A DNA stretch of 64,000 bases from Candidatus Multivorans sp. (GTDB taxonomy: Bacteria; Acidobacteriota; Thermoanaerobaculia; Multivoradales; Multivoraceae), in assembly GCA_965224025.1 (NCBI GenBank), contig OZ245033.1, positions 4,896,001 through 4,960,000 of the forward strand. Reading direction: 5' to 3'. The stretch's first letter is position 1, and every line of letters begins with the position of its first letter. The notes under the pieces were generated by a model. That model did no database searches, was not told where the DNA came from, and saw only the letters and a list, made by a program, of their open reading frames with translations. Shown here in pieces: positions 52,320 to 61,031 of the stretch. A program made the translations under genes and the position numbers.

Positions 52320-54014
52320 TCAGGCCGACGCTGCCAGGTACTCCCGGGCCTCCGCAAGCTCCGCGGGCTCATCGGCGCCATCCCACGCCTCGAGCAGCTT
52401 GCCGTAGGCATCCGCGGCAGCCGCCGCGTCGCCGGCGGCGGCCTGGGCGCGAGCCAGCCCCAGCAGGGTACGGGGACGGTTCGGGGTGTAGAGCAACTGG
52501 TCCTCGAACTGCGCGATGGCGTCCGCGGGACGCTCCAACTTCAACAGCACCTCTCCGTACAACTCCCGAATCGGCTTGATCGGCGAGGCCGCGCCACGCG
52601 GCGGACCCATCGTCGACGCGATGGCAAGGCCGTCGCCGAACATCTTGACCGCGCCGTCGGCGTCGCCCTCGGCGAGCCGGACAAGGCCGGCGACCTCGTG
52701 GTGCATGAGCTGGGCGGGCTTGGTCCCCCGCTGGAGAGTCGAGCTGTCGCCTGTCTGGCGCTCGCCCGCCTTCCTGAGCCCCGCGGCGGCCTTCCGGGCC
52801 AGGTCGAGATCGCCACCGTGGACGGCGGAGATCCCGGTCGCGAGCAATTCCGCGGTCCCCGTGTCATCGGTGACCTCGCGCGTCTCCCACTGCTCCGTCT
52901 CGACGATGTACCGGGCGCGCACCAGGGGCACCGTGCTCTTCCCGCGGCCGGTGTCGCCGGTGCGTTCGACCAGGTCGTCGAGTTCATCGATCCACGCACG
53001 CGCCTTCGCGTAGTCGCCGCGCTGCAGGTCGCCGTACTGCCCCCAGTCGAGCGCGTGGACCATGTCGCCCACCCTCTCGCCGGGATCCCACAACGCCACC
53101 GCCGCCTCGTACGCCGAGTTGTTCGACTTCGACACCCGGTCCCACATGCCGCGCTGAATGAAGATGTGGGACGGCATGTGCCGCGCGTGGGAGACGGCTG
53201 CCGCGATCTCGGCGAACCGACGCGCCGCCGGCAAAGCAAGCGGCGCGTGAACCGGATCGTCGAAGGAATGGATGATGTAGTGGGCGGCGCCCGGGTGATT
53301 CGGGTTGCGCTCGAACACGCCGAGGGCGATCGACCCGGCGAGCACGTTCAGCCGGAACGTGTCGTCGGCCAGGGGCCCGACCGCCTGTAGCAGCGACAGG
53401 GCGTAGAAGGCCGCCACCTCGTCATCCTCGGGGTGGCTCTCATAGAGGCTTCGCATCGCCTCCATGTAGGCGATGCGCCGCTCCGCGAGTTTGCCCTCTC
53501 CGAACAGTTCCTCGACCGCGGAGAGGAAGCCGCGTTCGCGTTCGGTCGCGGCCTTGGCCGCCCGACCCTCCCGGGTCTCACCCAGCCGAGCCAGCGCCGC
53601 GCGCGGCGATTCCAGGTCCCGTTCCGGCAGCAGCGGGTGGTTGTAGGTCAGCGTCTCGCCCCAGTAAGCGAGCGCGAAGTCCGGCTCCAGCTCCTGGGCG
53701 GCGTGAAACTGCTCGCGCGCCTGCTCGTAGCCGAAGCTGTGGAGGATCGCGACGCCGCGGATGAAGTGCTTCTGCGCTTCGCTTCCGGCCGAAGTCGGAA
53801 AGTCGATCGAGCCGACGTCGACCGAGGCCTGGAAGTCGGAACCCGCCGCAGGTTCGGCGGCCGCCTCCGAATCCCCGGAGACGACGCACCCGGCCGAAGC
53901 CAGGCAGAGAATCGTGGCCGCGAGCAACAGGGCGACGCTGCTCGCCGAGCGCGGCGAACCGGACGTCCCGCCGGAGAAACCGGTACGGCTGAAGTTGAAC
54001 GGTGGACGAGACAT
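52320..54014 (-). CDS. Exported TPR-repeat protein
   Basis: GGAGGGAG RBS before ATG 54014; GSIDFPTS..AQKHFIRGVAILHSFGY, PDFALAYWGE, PNHPGAAHYIIHSFD, HARHMPSHIF. Confidence 0.85.
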   Translation of the reverse strand: MSRPPFNFSRTGFSGGTSGSPRSASSVALLLAATILCLASAGCVVSGDSEAAAEPAAGSDFQASVDVGSIDFPTSAGSEAQKHFIRGVAILHSFGYEQAREQFHAAQELEPDFALAYWGETLTYNHPLLPERDLESPRAALARLGETREGRAAKAATERERGFLSAVEELFGEGKLAERRIAYMEAMRSLYESHPEDDEVAAFYALSLLQAVGPLADDTFRLNVLAGSIALGVFERNPNHPGAAHYIIHSFDDPVHAPLALPAARRFAEIAAAVSHARHMPSHIFIQRGMWDRVSKSNNSAYEAAVALWDPGERVGDMVHALDWGQYGDLQRGDYAKARAWIDELDDLVERTGDTGRGKSTVPLVRARYIVETEQWETREVTDDTGTAELLATGISAVHGGDLDLARKAAAGLRKAGERQTGDSSTLQRGTKPAQLMHHEVAGLVRLAEGDADGAVKMFGDGLAIASTMGPPRGAASPIKPIRELYGEVLLKLERPADAIAQFEDQLLYTPNRPRTLLGLARAQAAAGDAAAAADAYGKLLEAWDGADEPAELAEAREYLAASA

Positions 54015-54198
54015 CTTGTACTCCCTCCTGCCGCGGCAAGCCGCGCCGGCCATGGGGCTGCTAGTGAGACGACGCTTCGTGTCGAACAAGGATAGCGACC
54101 AGCGAGCCGCCCTGCCTCTCGGCAGGCAGTCTGTGTCAGAGTGGAGGGCCCGCCACCCGACACCCTGAACTCGCCAACCGTCCTGCTCGAACTCGACG

Positions 54199-55733
54199 AT
54201 GAAGCACCTCATCCTCGCAGCGGCGATCTCGACGCTCCTCGGGGTCGGCCCCGCACCGGGCCCGGCGCAGCCCCCTCCGGACGTCGGCGACGGCTGGTTC
54301 CGCTCCGCGCCGGCGGACCAGGGCCTGGACAACCAGGCAATCCTGCAGATCTTCGACCGGGTGCGCTCACAGTCCGACTATCGGACGGTACGGGGGAAGG
54401 TCGCCGTCTCGTGTCGCGGGATTGGATCGCCGAGTCCACCCGCGGTCAGACCGGCGGCATCGCCGACGCCCCGAACTACGGCTACCAGTGGTGGATCCGG
54501 CCCAGGGGGCGCTACCTAGCCCATGGCTACAACGGGCAGTACATCGGTGTCGATCCGGAGGCCGACATCGTGATGACGATGATCACCCTCTCAGAGCAGT
54601 CGCCGCGCCCGCAGGAGACGTACCGCTACTACTTCGAGCAGCTCCAGAATCTCGCCCGCGAAGCGATGAGGCCGGAGCGGCGGGGGCGGCTGTTGGCCAC
54701 GGCGGTGGCGCCGGAGGCCGGCTCCGATCCAGGTGAAATCACGATCGAGGTGAGGCGCGTGAACGGCAGCGACGGCGCGGTGACCCTGGCCTACGGAACG
54801 CGAAACGGCAGCGCCCGCGCCGGCCGGGAGTTCCGCCGTCTGGTCCACGTCCCGCTAATGGCGGACGACGAGATCGAACGCAGCGAACTGTTCGACCTCG
54901 TCCTGAGCGACGTCTCCGGCGGCGCCGAACTTCCGGAACCTCGCGCCGTGGGCGTGATCCAGGACATGACTGCCGGCCCGGGCTGCACGGACAGCGACGG
55001 CGCGCTCTGCCTGTCCGGCGGCCGCTTCCGGGTCGAAGTCGAGTGGCAGTCGCACAACGGCGAACGCGGCATCGGCGCCCTGGAACGCCTGAGCGACGAA
55101 ACCGGTATCGCCACGTTCTTCTCGCCCGAGAACGTGGAGCTCGTGTTCAAGCTCCTCGACGGCCGGGGCATCAACGACCACCACTGGGTCTACTACGGGG
55201 CCCTCTCCGACGTCGAGTACTGGCTCACGGTCACCGACACGCTGCACGACCGCGTGGTCGTCTACCGCAATCCCCCGGGCGAGATCTGCGGCCGCGGCGA
55301 CTCCAAGGCGTTCGCCGAGCTTGCGGCCGTAGCGGCGGTATTGACGGCACCCGGCCCTCCGGACATCTCGCCCGCTCCCGTCGTCGAGACGGAAGGCGAT
55401 TGCCGCGAGGGGGCGCTCTGCCTGCTCGACGGCCGCTTCGAAGTGACGGCGGAATGGACCAAGGCCGACGGCGAGAGCGGCGTCGCCACCCCGTTGCCGG
55501 GCGCAGGCGCCACCGGAACCATGTGGTTCTTCTCGCCCGGGAACATCGAGCTCGCGGTCAAAGCCCTTGACGGCAGGGCGAACAACAACGCATTCTGGGT
55601 CTTCGCCGCCGGCCTCACCGACGTCGACTACCAGTTGACCGTCACCGACACGGTGGCCGGCGTATCGAAGACGTACTCCAACCCGAGCCGCCCGTTCTGC
55701 GGCCTGGGCGACACCTCGGCGTTTCCGCAGTAG
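54199..55733 (+). pseudogene. Serine hydrolase (beta-lactamase/NylB-like) + Calx-beta + two Acidobacterial C-terminal domains; internally deleted and frameshifted
   Basis: Signal peptide + WFRSAPADQGLD in one frame; GRRLVSRDWIAEST...YGYQWW...AHGYNGQYI in another; SxxK core absent; two LCLxxGRFxVxxxW...FFSPxNxEL repeats. Confidence 0.75.
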
Positions 55734-55743
55734 TTTCGCGCGG

Positions 55744-56595
55744 ATGGAAGGGTTCCGAGGTCACGGCGCAGCCGTGCGCGCTCTGGCGGCGTTGGCCCTG
55801 GTGGCGGCGCTCGCGGCTCCCGCGGCCGCCCAGGTCAACACCGAGAAGATGCGGGTCGGCGCCAACGAACCCGGATGGGGCGGCACGTTCGATGTCAACG
55901 CCTCGCTGCAGCGAGGCAACACCGAGCGCGAGATCCTCGGCGCCGGTGCCCGCCTCCAGTACGCCTGGCCTCAGGTCGAAGCCGACGGCGCCGGTGAAAC
56001 TGAGTCGGACGACGAAACGACCGGCCCGGCCAACGTCGTCTTCCTGGTCTCGAACTACTCCTTCACCCGCCTGAACGACAACCGCTACGTCAACAACGCC
56101 CAGGGGCATCTGCGGTTCATCCGGCAGCACAGCCCGAGGATCTCCTTCGAGGTCTTCGGCCAGTACCAGTTCAACGAGTTCATCCGTCTCGAAGACCGCT
56201 TTCTCGCCGGCGGCGGCGGCCGATTCGCCCTGATCCAGGCCGAACGGACCGAGGTCTTCGCAGGTGTCGGCTACATGCTCGAGCAGGAAACCCTCGACCT
56301 GCCGGCCGCCCTGCCCGATGGGACGAGCAGCGAGCACCACCGGTCGACCAACTACCTGACGGTCCGCTACAACAGCAAGGACGAACGCCTGCGCCTGATC
56401 CAGACACTCTACGCCCAGCCCCGCCTCGACGATCCTGAGGACTTCCGGCTTCTCTCCGAGACGTCCTTCGAGATCCAGCTCTTCCGTCAACTGGCTCTCG
56501 CGGTCAGCCTCAACGTCGCCCACGACAGCGAGCCGCCCACCGGGGTGAAGGAGACGGATGTCGTGCTGTCGAACTCGCTCAGGTACTCGTTCTAG
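55744..56595 (+). CDS. DUF481-like outer-membrane beta-barrel protein
   Basis: Signal peptide AAA|QVNTE, LQRGNTE, alternating amphipathic strands, terminal LRYSF. Confidence 0.75.
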   Translation: MEGFRGHGAAVRALAALALVAALAAPAAAQVNTEKMRVGANEPGWGGTFDVNASLQRGNTEREILGAGARLQYAWPQVEADGAGETESDDETTGPANVVFLVSNYSFTRLNDNRYVNNAQGHLRFIRQHSPRISFEVFGQYQFNEFIRLEDRFLAGGGGRFALIQAERTEVFAGVGYMLEQETLDLPAALPDGTSSEHHRSTNYLTVRYNSKDERLRLIQTLYAQPRLDDPEDFRLLSETSFEIQLFRQLALAVSLNVAHDSEPPTGVKETDVVLSNSLRYSF

Positions 56596-56639
56596 GAGTC
56601 GCCCTGCCCGGCCGAGCGTCTCGGCGACAAAGGCCAGAC

Positions 56640-56797
56640 AATCGTGACCGAGTAGTCGAGCACGAAGGGCATCGGCGACCTTCGTCGCGAAGGTCCTTCC
56701 AGTGCAGACCACCCAACGTCAGGCGCGCTCTCCGTCTGCGGAGTTCAGCGATGGCGCTTTCCGTTTCGCTCCGCTCCACCTGTCCCGCGGGAACAGG
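56640..56797 (-). pseudogene. Degenerate Phd-VapC junction fragment (paralog of ~60220-60375)
   Basis: PVPAGQVERSETESAIAELRRRRARLTLGGLHWKDLRDEGRR matches the antitoxin C-terminus and is followed by the first toxin codons. Confidence 0.85.
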
Positions 56798-56826
56798 CAG
56801 CAAACCCACCGCGAGCAACCCAAGAC

Positions 56827-57330
56827 TCACTGACCATCCCCCCCACGGACCGACAGCCACGACATCATCTGGTAGAGAAAGACACATCCAGACAGCAGCA
56901 TCATGCCTACCCGCCGCTCAAGAACATGAAGCGAGCCGCCTTCGCGCAGAGACCAGAAGGCGGCGTAGAGGTACAGTGCCGCTCCAACGGTTCCCAAGCC
57001 AAAGGCCACTGGACGAAACCACGCGGGATACAGGCCAAGCCTCCGCGAATTGACGCTTGAGGTCTTCCAGCTTTCGCGCTTACCCCACTTGGCCTGGACG
57101 GCGCCGGCGACGACCAGCGCCACGACGCAGCCCCCAATGATCAACAGCGGGCGTCTCGCCTCTCCCCAAGGGCCAGCGTCGGGACCTTCCGGGAAGCCGT
57201 CGAAGAACAGCAGCTCCGCGGGAACAACGAAAACGAAGAGCGCGAAGCTCCACCACTTGTACCAGTGGTCCTCCCTGGTGTGCAGCCGACGGGTCCACTT
57301 CGAAGTCGGTTCCGGATCGCTGGCGGCCAC
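56827..57330 (-). CDS. Hypothetical membrane protein (about 4 TM)
   Basis: Four hydrophobic segments; no family recognised; start uncertain. Confidence 0.55.
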   Translation of the reverse strand: MAASDPEPTSKWTRRLHTREDHWYKWWSFALFVFVVPAELLFFDGFPEGPDAGPWGEARRPLLIIGGCVVALVVAGAVQAKWGKRESWKTSSVNSRRLGLYPAWFRPVAFGLGTVGAALYLYAAFWSLREGGSLHVLERRVGMMLLSGCVFLYQMMSWLSVRGGDGQ

Positions 57331-57378
57331 CGACCGAGTCTAGCCAAGGAACGGCCGCCGATTCCGAACCTGACATCC

Positions 57379-57804
57379 TCAATGCCAAGAGCCGTCGTCC
57401 ACACGCCGCCGCAGGGCGGCCATGGATCTCCGAAGACTCTCCGACGCCCCCACGGCTCGTTCAGGGTCCCAGGTGAAGCGTGCGAACGCCACGATGCGAG
57501 TCACGTACTCGGGCCCGACCAGCCTGCCGCCACCCTCTCTCGGGGTCATCCCCCCACGGACATCAGCGCGTCGCGACCTCCTGCAGATGTCGATCAACCG
57601 CCGCTTCGGGTCCTCCAGCGAGTCAGGATCCCTGGGCAACTGCCTCAGCGCTACGCTGAACTCTCGCGCGAACCACTCCCGGTCAGCCAGGAGCCAACTC
57701 TCGACCGCGCGGACCGGAACTCGAAGGGCAACACGCCGAGCCATCGGTTGCCGGCCAAGGAGGTTCGGAACCAGTTCGGCAGGACAAGGAGCGTCGTGGT
57801 CAAG
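57379..57804 (-). pseudogene. DUF4276-like protein, N-terminus missing
   Basis: LDHDAPCPAEL...RVPVRAVESWLLADRE...PDSLEDPK...VGPEY...SESLRR. Confidence 0.65.
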
Positions 57805-58095
57805 GCAGTTGGCCTGAGAGATCGTCGACGTGCTGAGGCCTCGTGCGTGGCCCCAGTATCTCGGCCAAACTCAGGCCGCTCTCAAGCAGCCGGGCAGCAC
57901 CGTCGACCGAAGTTCCCGGCACTGCCTCGGTTCCCTCGGTTCCGGGTTCCAGGACGACGACTTCGTCCAACCCCAGGCCCTGTCCTTCATGATCTCCTCT
58001 GAATGAAGTCGTGAGAAGGACCTGCGGGCCTCCGGTGCCGCGGAATCGACTCAAGATGGATGGCAACTGCCGCACTACGGAAGAATGCAAATGAA
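57800..58095 (-). pseudogene. AAA/ABC-type ATPase C-terminal remnant
   Basis: HLHSSVVRQLP...QVLLTTS...LGLDEVVVLEPGTEGT...LLESGLSLAE; Walker A/B absent. Confidence 0.65.
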
Positions 58096-58173
58096 CCACG
58101 CGACACGGCAGGACCAATACTACCTTTTTCCTGATACCATATAGTCTGTTTTCGTCTTACGAAGAGTACAACC

Positions 58174-58485
58174 ATGCCAACACCACACCACCCGCCGGCC
58201 GCCGTCAGGCGAACCCTCCGCAAGCTCGGCGCCGACCTGCGCGACGCGCGACGGCGAAGACGGCTGCCCATGCAGGTGGTAGCCGATCGGGCCTTCACTT
58301 CGCGCTCCACGCTCCAGCGCATCGAAGCCGGCGACCACCGGGTGGGGATGGGCATCTACGCTGCAGTGATGCATGCACTCGGCCTGCTGGAAGGGTTGGG
58401 CGAGGTGGCGGATTGGCGCCGCGACGCCTTCGGTCAGGCCCTGGCTACCGCTGAACTGCCCAAGCGAGTGCGCTCCAGGCGGTAG
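58174..58485 (+). CDS. XRE-family HTH protein, HipB-like antitoxin
   Basis: LGADLRDARRRRRLPMQVVADRAFTSRSTLQRIEAGD; directly upstream of hipA-like gene. Confidence 0.85.
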   Translation: MPTPHHPPAAVRRTLRKLGADLRDARRRRRLPMQVVADRAFTSRSTLQRIEAGDHRVGMGIYAAVMHALGLLEGLGEVADWRRDAFGQALATAELPKRVRSRR

Positions 58486-58503
58486 CTGTCAGGGACCGGG
58501 ACC

Positions 58504-59772
58504 ATGACCGACTCTTCCGCTGAACGAGAGGTCGAAGTTCACGTAGACCTCGAAGGTCGCCCGCATCGTGCAGGACTCCTGCGCCGCCATGCCACCAGGC
58601 GGCGCGTAGACACCCTGACCTTCGAGTACGACAGGGCCTGGCTCGACGACGAGCGGCGCTTCCCGCTCGACCCCGCTCTGCCCTTGACACCTGGCCTCTT
58701 TGAAGCGAACCGAACAGGGCGCCTCGCCGGAGCGATCGGCGACGCCGCTCCCGACACCTGGGGACGCCAGTTGATGCAACGAGCTGTCCGGCGCCGAGCT
58801 GACCTGGAAGGCGAACACGTACGCAGCCCGCAGGAGCTGGACTGTCTGCTCGGCGTCATGGATGAGGTGAGGATGGGCGCCCTACGGTTTCGAGTCAGCG
58901 GCCGAGCCCGGTTCGAGGCCCGGTCAGGCGCTGGAGTGCCGCCGCTCGTCGCCCTCCGCCGACTGTCGAGCATCGTCGACCGCGTCCTGCGCGACGAAGA
59001 GTCCGACGAGGACCTCAGGCAACTGCTGGCGCCCGCCTCCTCACTTGGAGGCGCGCGACCCAAGGCCGCGGTGCTCGACCAGCGCGGCCGACTCGCCATC
59101 GCCAAGTTCCCCCGGGAGACCGACGAGTACAGCATCGAGACTTGGGAAGAAGTGGCGCTCCAACTCGCGGAGCGGGCCGGCATCGCTACGCCGCGCCACG
59201 AACTCGTCAGGTTCGGGAATCGGGCAATCCTCCTTTCACGCCGTTTCGACCGAATCGGTGCCGTCCGAATCCCCTTCCTCTCGGCCATGTCTCTCACGGA
59301 CTCGTTCGACGGCGAACCCGGAAGCTACCCCGAGATCGTCGACGAGATCGCCCGCCACGGCGCTCACGCCAAGTCCGATGCCGCCGCTCTGTACCGGCGA
59401 ATGGCCTTCAACGTACTGATCTCGAACGTCGACGACCATCTTCGCAACCACGGCTTCCTGCGCCTGGAACGCAGTGGCTGGTCGCTTTCGCCCGTATACG
59501 ACCTGAACCCGACGCCAGCCGATATCAAGGCGCGTGTGTTGACCACGCGGATCGACCTCGACGACGGGACCTGCTCGCTGGAGCTCGTCCTCAGTGCCGC
59601 CTCCTACTTCGGACTTCCCCTGCGCGCCGCCCATGACATCGTGCGAGAGGCGGCAAACGCCGTTGAGGCCTGGCGTGGCGTGGCGCGCTCGGTCGGCGCC
59701 CCGCCCGCCGAGATCGAGCGAATGGCGAGCGCCTTCGAGCACGACGATCTCAAGCGAGCATCGGTCATCTGA
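58504..59772 (+). CDS. hipA: HipA-family Ser/Thr kinase toxin
   Basis: APDTWGR, SSLGGARPKA, AIAKFP, RRFDR, NVDDHLRNHGFL, LSPVYDLNP. Confidence 0.93.
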   Translation: MTDSSAEREVEVHVDLEGRPHRAGLLRRHATRRRVDTLTFEYDRAWLDDERRFPLDPALPLTPGLFEANRTGRLAGAIGDAAPDTWGRQLMQRAVRRRADLEGEHVRSPQELDCLLGVMDEVRMGALRFRVSGRARFEARSGAGVPPLVALRRLSSIVDRVLRDEESDEDLRQLLAPASSLGGARPKAAVLDQRGRLAIAKFPRETDEYSIETWEEVALQLAERAGIATPRHELVRFGNRAILLSRRFDRIGAVRIPFLSAMSLTDSFDGEPGSYPEIVDEIARHGAHAKSDAAALYRRMAFNVLISNVDDHLRNHGFLRLERSGWSLSPVYDLNPTPADIKARVLTTRIDLDDGTCSLELVLSAASYFGLPLRAAHDIVREAANAVEAWRGVARSVGAPPAEIERMASAFEHDDLKRASVI

Positions 59773-59785
59773 CCTCCTGCATCTC

Positions 59786-59825
59786 TCGCGACCTCCTGCA
59801 GATGTCGATCAATCGCCGTTTCGGG
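59786..59825. repeat. 40-bp direct repeat of 57571-57610 (38/40 identical)
   Basis: tcgcgacctcctgcagatgtcgatcaaYcgccgYttcggg at both sites. Confidence 0.9.
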
Positions 59826-59834
59826 CCGCTCAGC

Positions 59835-60248
59835 CTACGACGGCAGCGTCTCCACGCCCAGTCGCCGGGCCGCCCGGGCCAAACGTCGGTCCAGCGTCGC
59901 CAGGGCGACTCCCCGCCGAGCTGCCAGTTCCAGGTACGCCGCGTCGTAAGTCGTCAGATCCTCCGTTCGAGCTAGCGACAGGATCTCGCGGAACGCACGG
60001 CTGTCCGTCTCGGTGTCGGTCGCCACCGGGAGGCGATCGAGAAGCTCGAGGTGCGCCGACGTCTGGGCAAGCGCGATGCGCTTCCGCCGCTCCGCCCGCG
60101 CCAGCACGTTGCCAACCTCCAGTCGCCAGAGCCCCGGAACCAGCGCATCGCCATCCTTCAGCCGGTCCTGGAGCGCATCCACAGCCGGTGTAGCCTCGTC
60201 CTCGAACAGCCAGGCAACCGTCACCGAGCAGTCGAGCACGAAGGTCAT
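59835..60248 (-). CDS. vapC: VapC-family PIN-domain toxin
   Basis: FVLDCSVTVAW, LEVGNVL, LTTYDAAYLELA, LATLDRRL; ATGA overlap with antitoxin. Confidence 0.92.
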   Translation of the reverse strand: MTFVLDCSVTVAWLFEDEATPAVDALQDRLKDGDALVPGLWRLEVGNVLARAERRKRIALAQTSAHLELLDRLPVATDTETDSRAFREILSLARTEDLTTYDAAYLELAARRGVALATLDRRLARAARRLGVETLPS

Positions 60249-60514
60249 CGGCGACCTTCGTCGCGAAGGTCCTTCCACCGCAGACCGCCCAACCTCAGGC
60301 CCGCGCGGCGCCTCCTGAGTTCAGCGATGACACTCTCCGTTTCGCTCCTCTCCATCTGTCCGGCGGGAACAAGCCGCGCGACAGGCTTGCCCCTTCGGGT
60401 GATGACCACTTCACGACCTTGTGAGACCTTGTCCAGCAACGCCGAAAGGTGGGTCTTCGCAGCAAACGCGCCAACACTCAGAGTAGTCTCTCGGGACTCA
60501 TCCAACCAGTTCAT
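60245..60514 (-). CDS. Phd/YefM-family antitoxin
   Basis: VGAFAAKTHLSALLDKVSQGREVVITRRGKPVARLVP. Confidence 0.92.
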   Translation of the reverse strand: MNWLDESRETTLSVGAFAAKTHLSALLDKVSQGREVVITRRGKPVARLVPAGQMERSETESVIAELRRRRAGLRLGGLRWKDLRDEGRR

Positions 60515-60524
60515 TCAACTAGTT
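60504..60524. promoter_or_regulatory. Candidate Phd-type operator: two 8-bp palindromes 13 bp apart
   Basis: AACCAGTT (60504-60511) and AACTAGTT (60517-60524) at the antitoxin 5' end. Confidence 0.55.
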
Positions 60525-60650
60525 TACACAGAACCCTGTCCGCGCGTCCCACGGCTCGCCGCCATGCGGTCTGACGTGCGGATTCCGTCGAGCCAGGATC
60601 GCGGCACATGCGAACAGCACGCCCACCGCCGCCCGATAGGCTGCCCCTCC

Positions 60651-61022
60651 ATGTTGGCCATCACCTCACTGCTCTCGCTTCTGTTCCTTTTCACGGCCGG
60701 ATCCGCCGCAAGGGCCCAGGACTACGGCAGCCGCAGCAACCTGGGCGAAACCGCGACGACCACAGAGCGGGCCGAGATCGAGGCGCTCTACCAGCGCTTC
60801 ATCCCCTACATCGACCAGGCGCGGACCGAGCTGACGATGGTCCGCGCCGTCGCCCTGGTCCAGGACGAGTTCGGGATCGAACCCGACGACTGGGTGACCC
60901 GAATCGCGCCATCCGCGTTTCCCGGTCGGCCCCACACCCGCCTAGACGAAAACGGCCGGCCCCCGAAGGGACCGGCCGCCAAACTGCAAGGTCCGCCGAA
61001 CGTCTGCGGCGGACCGATCTGA
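60651..61022 (+). pseudogene. Short secreted ORF, possibly a collapsed M18 aminopeptidase remnant
   Basis: Signal peptide; YQRFIPYIDQARTELTMV and VQDEFGIEPDDWV resemble two distant M18 segments; judged by eye only. Confidence 0.4.
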
Positions 61023-61031
61023 CGTAGGCGC

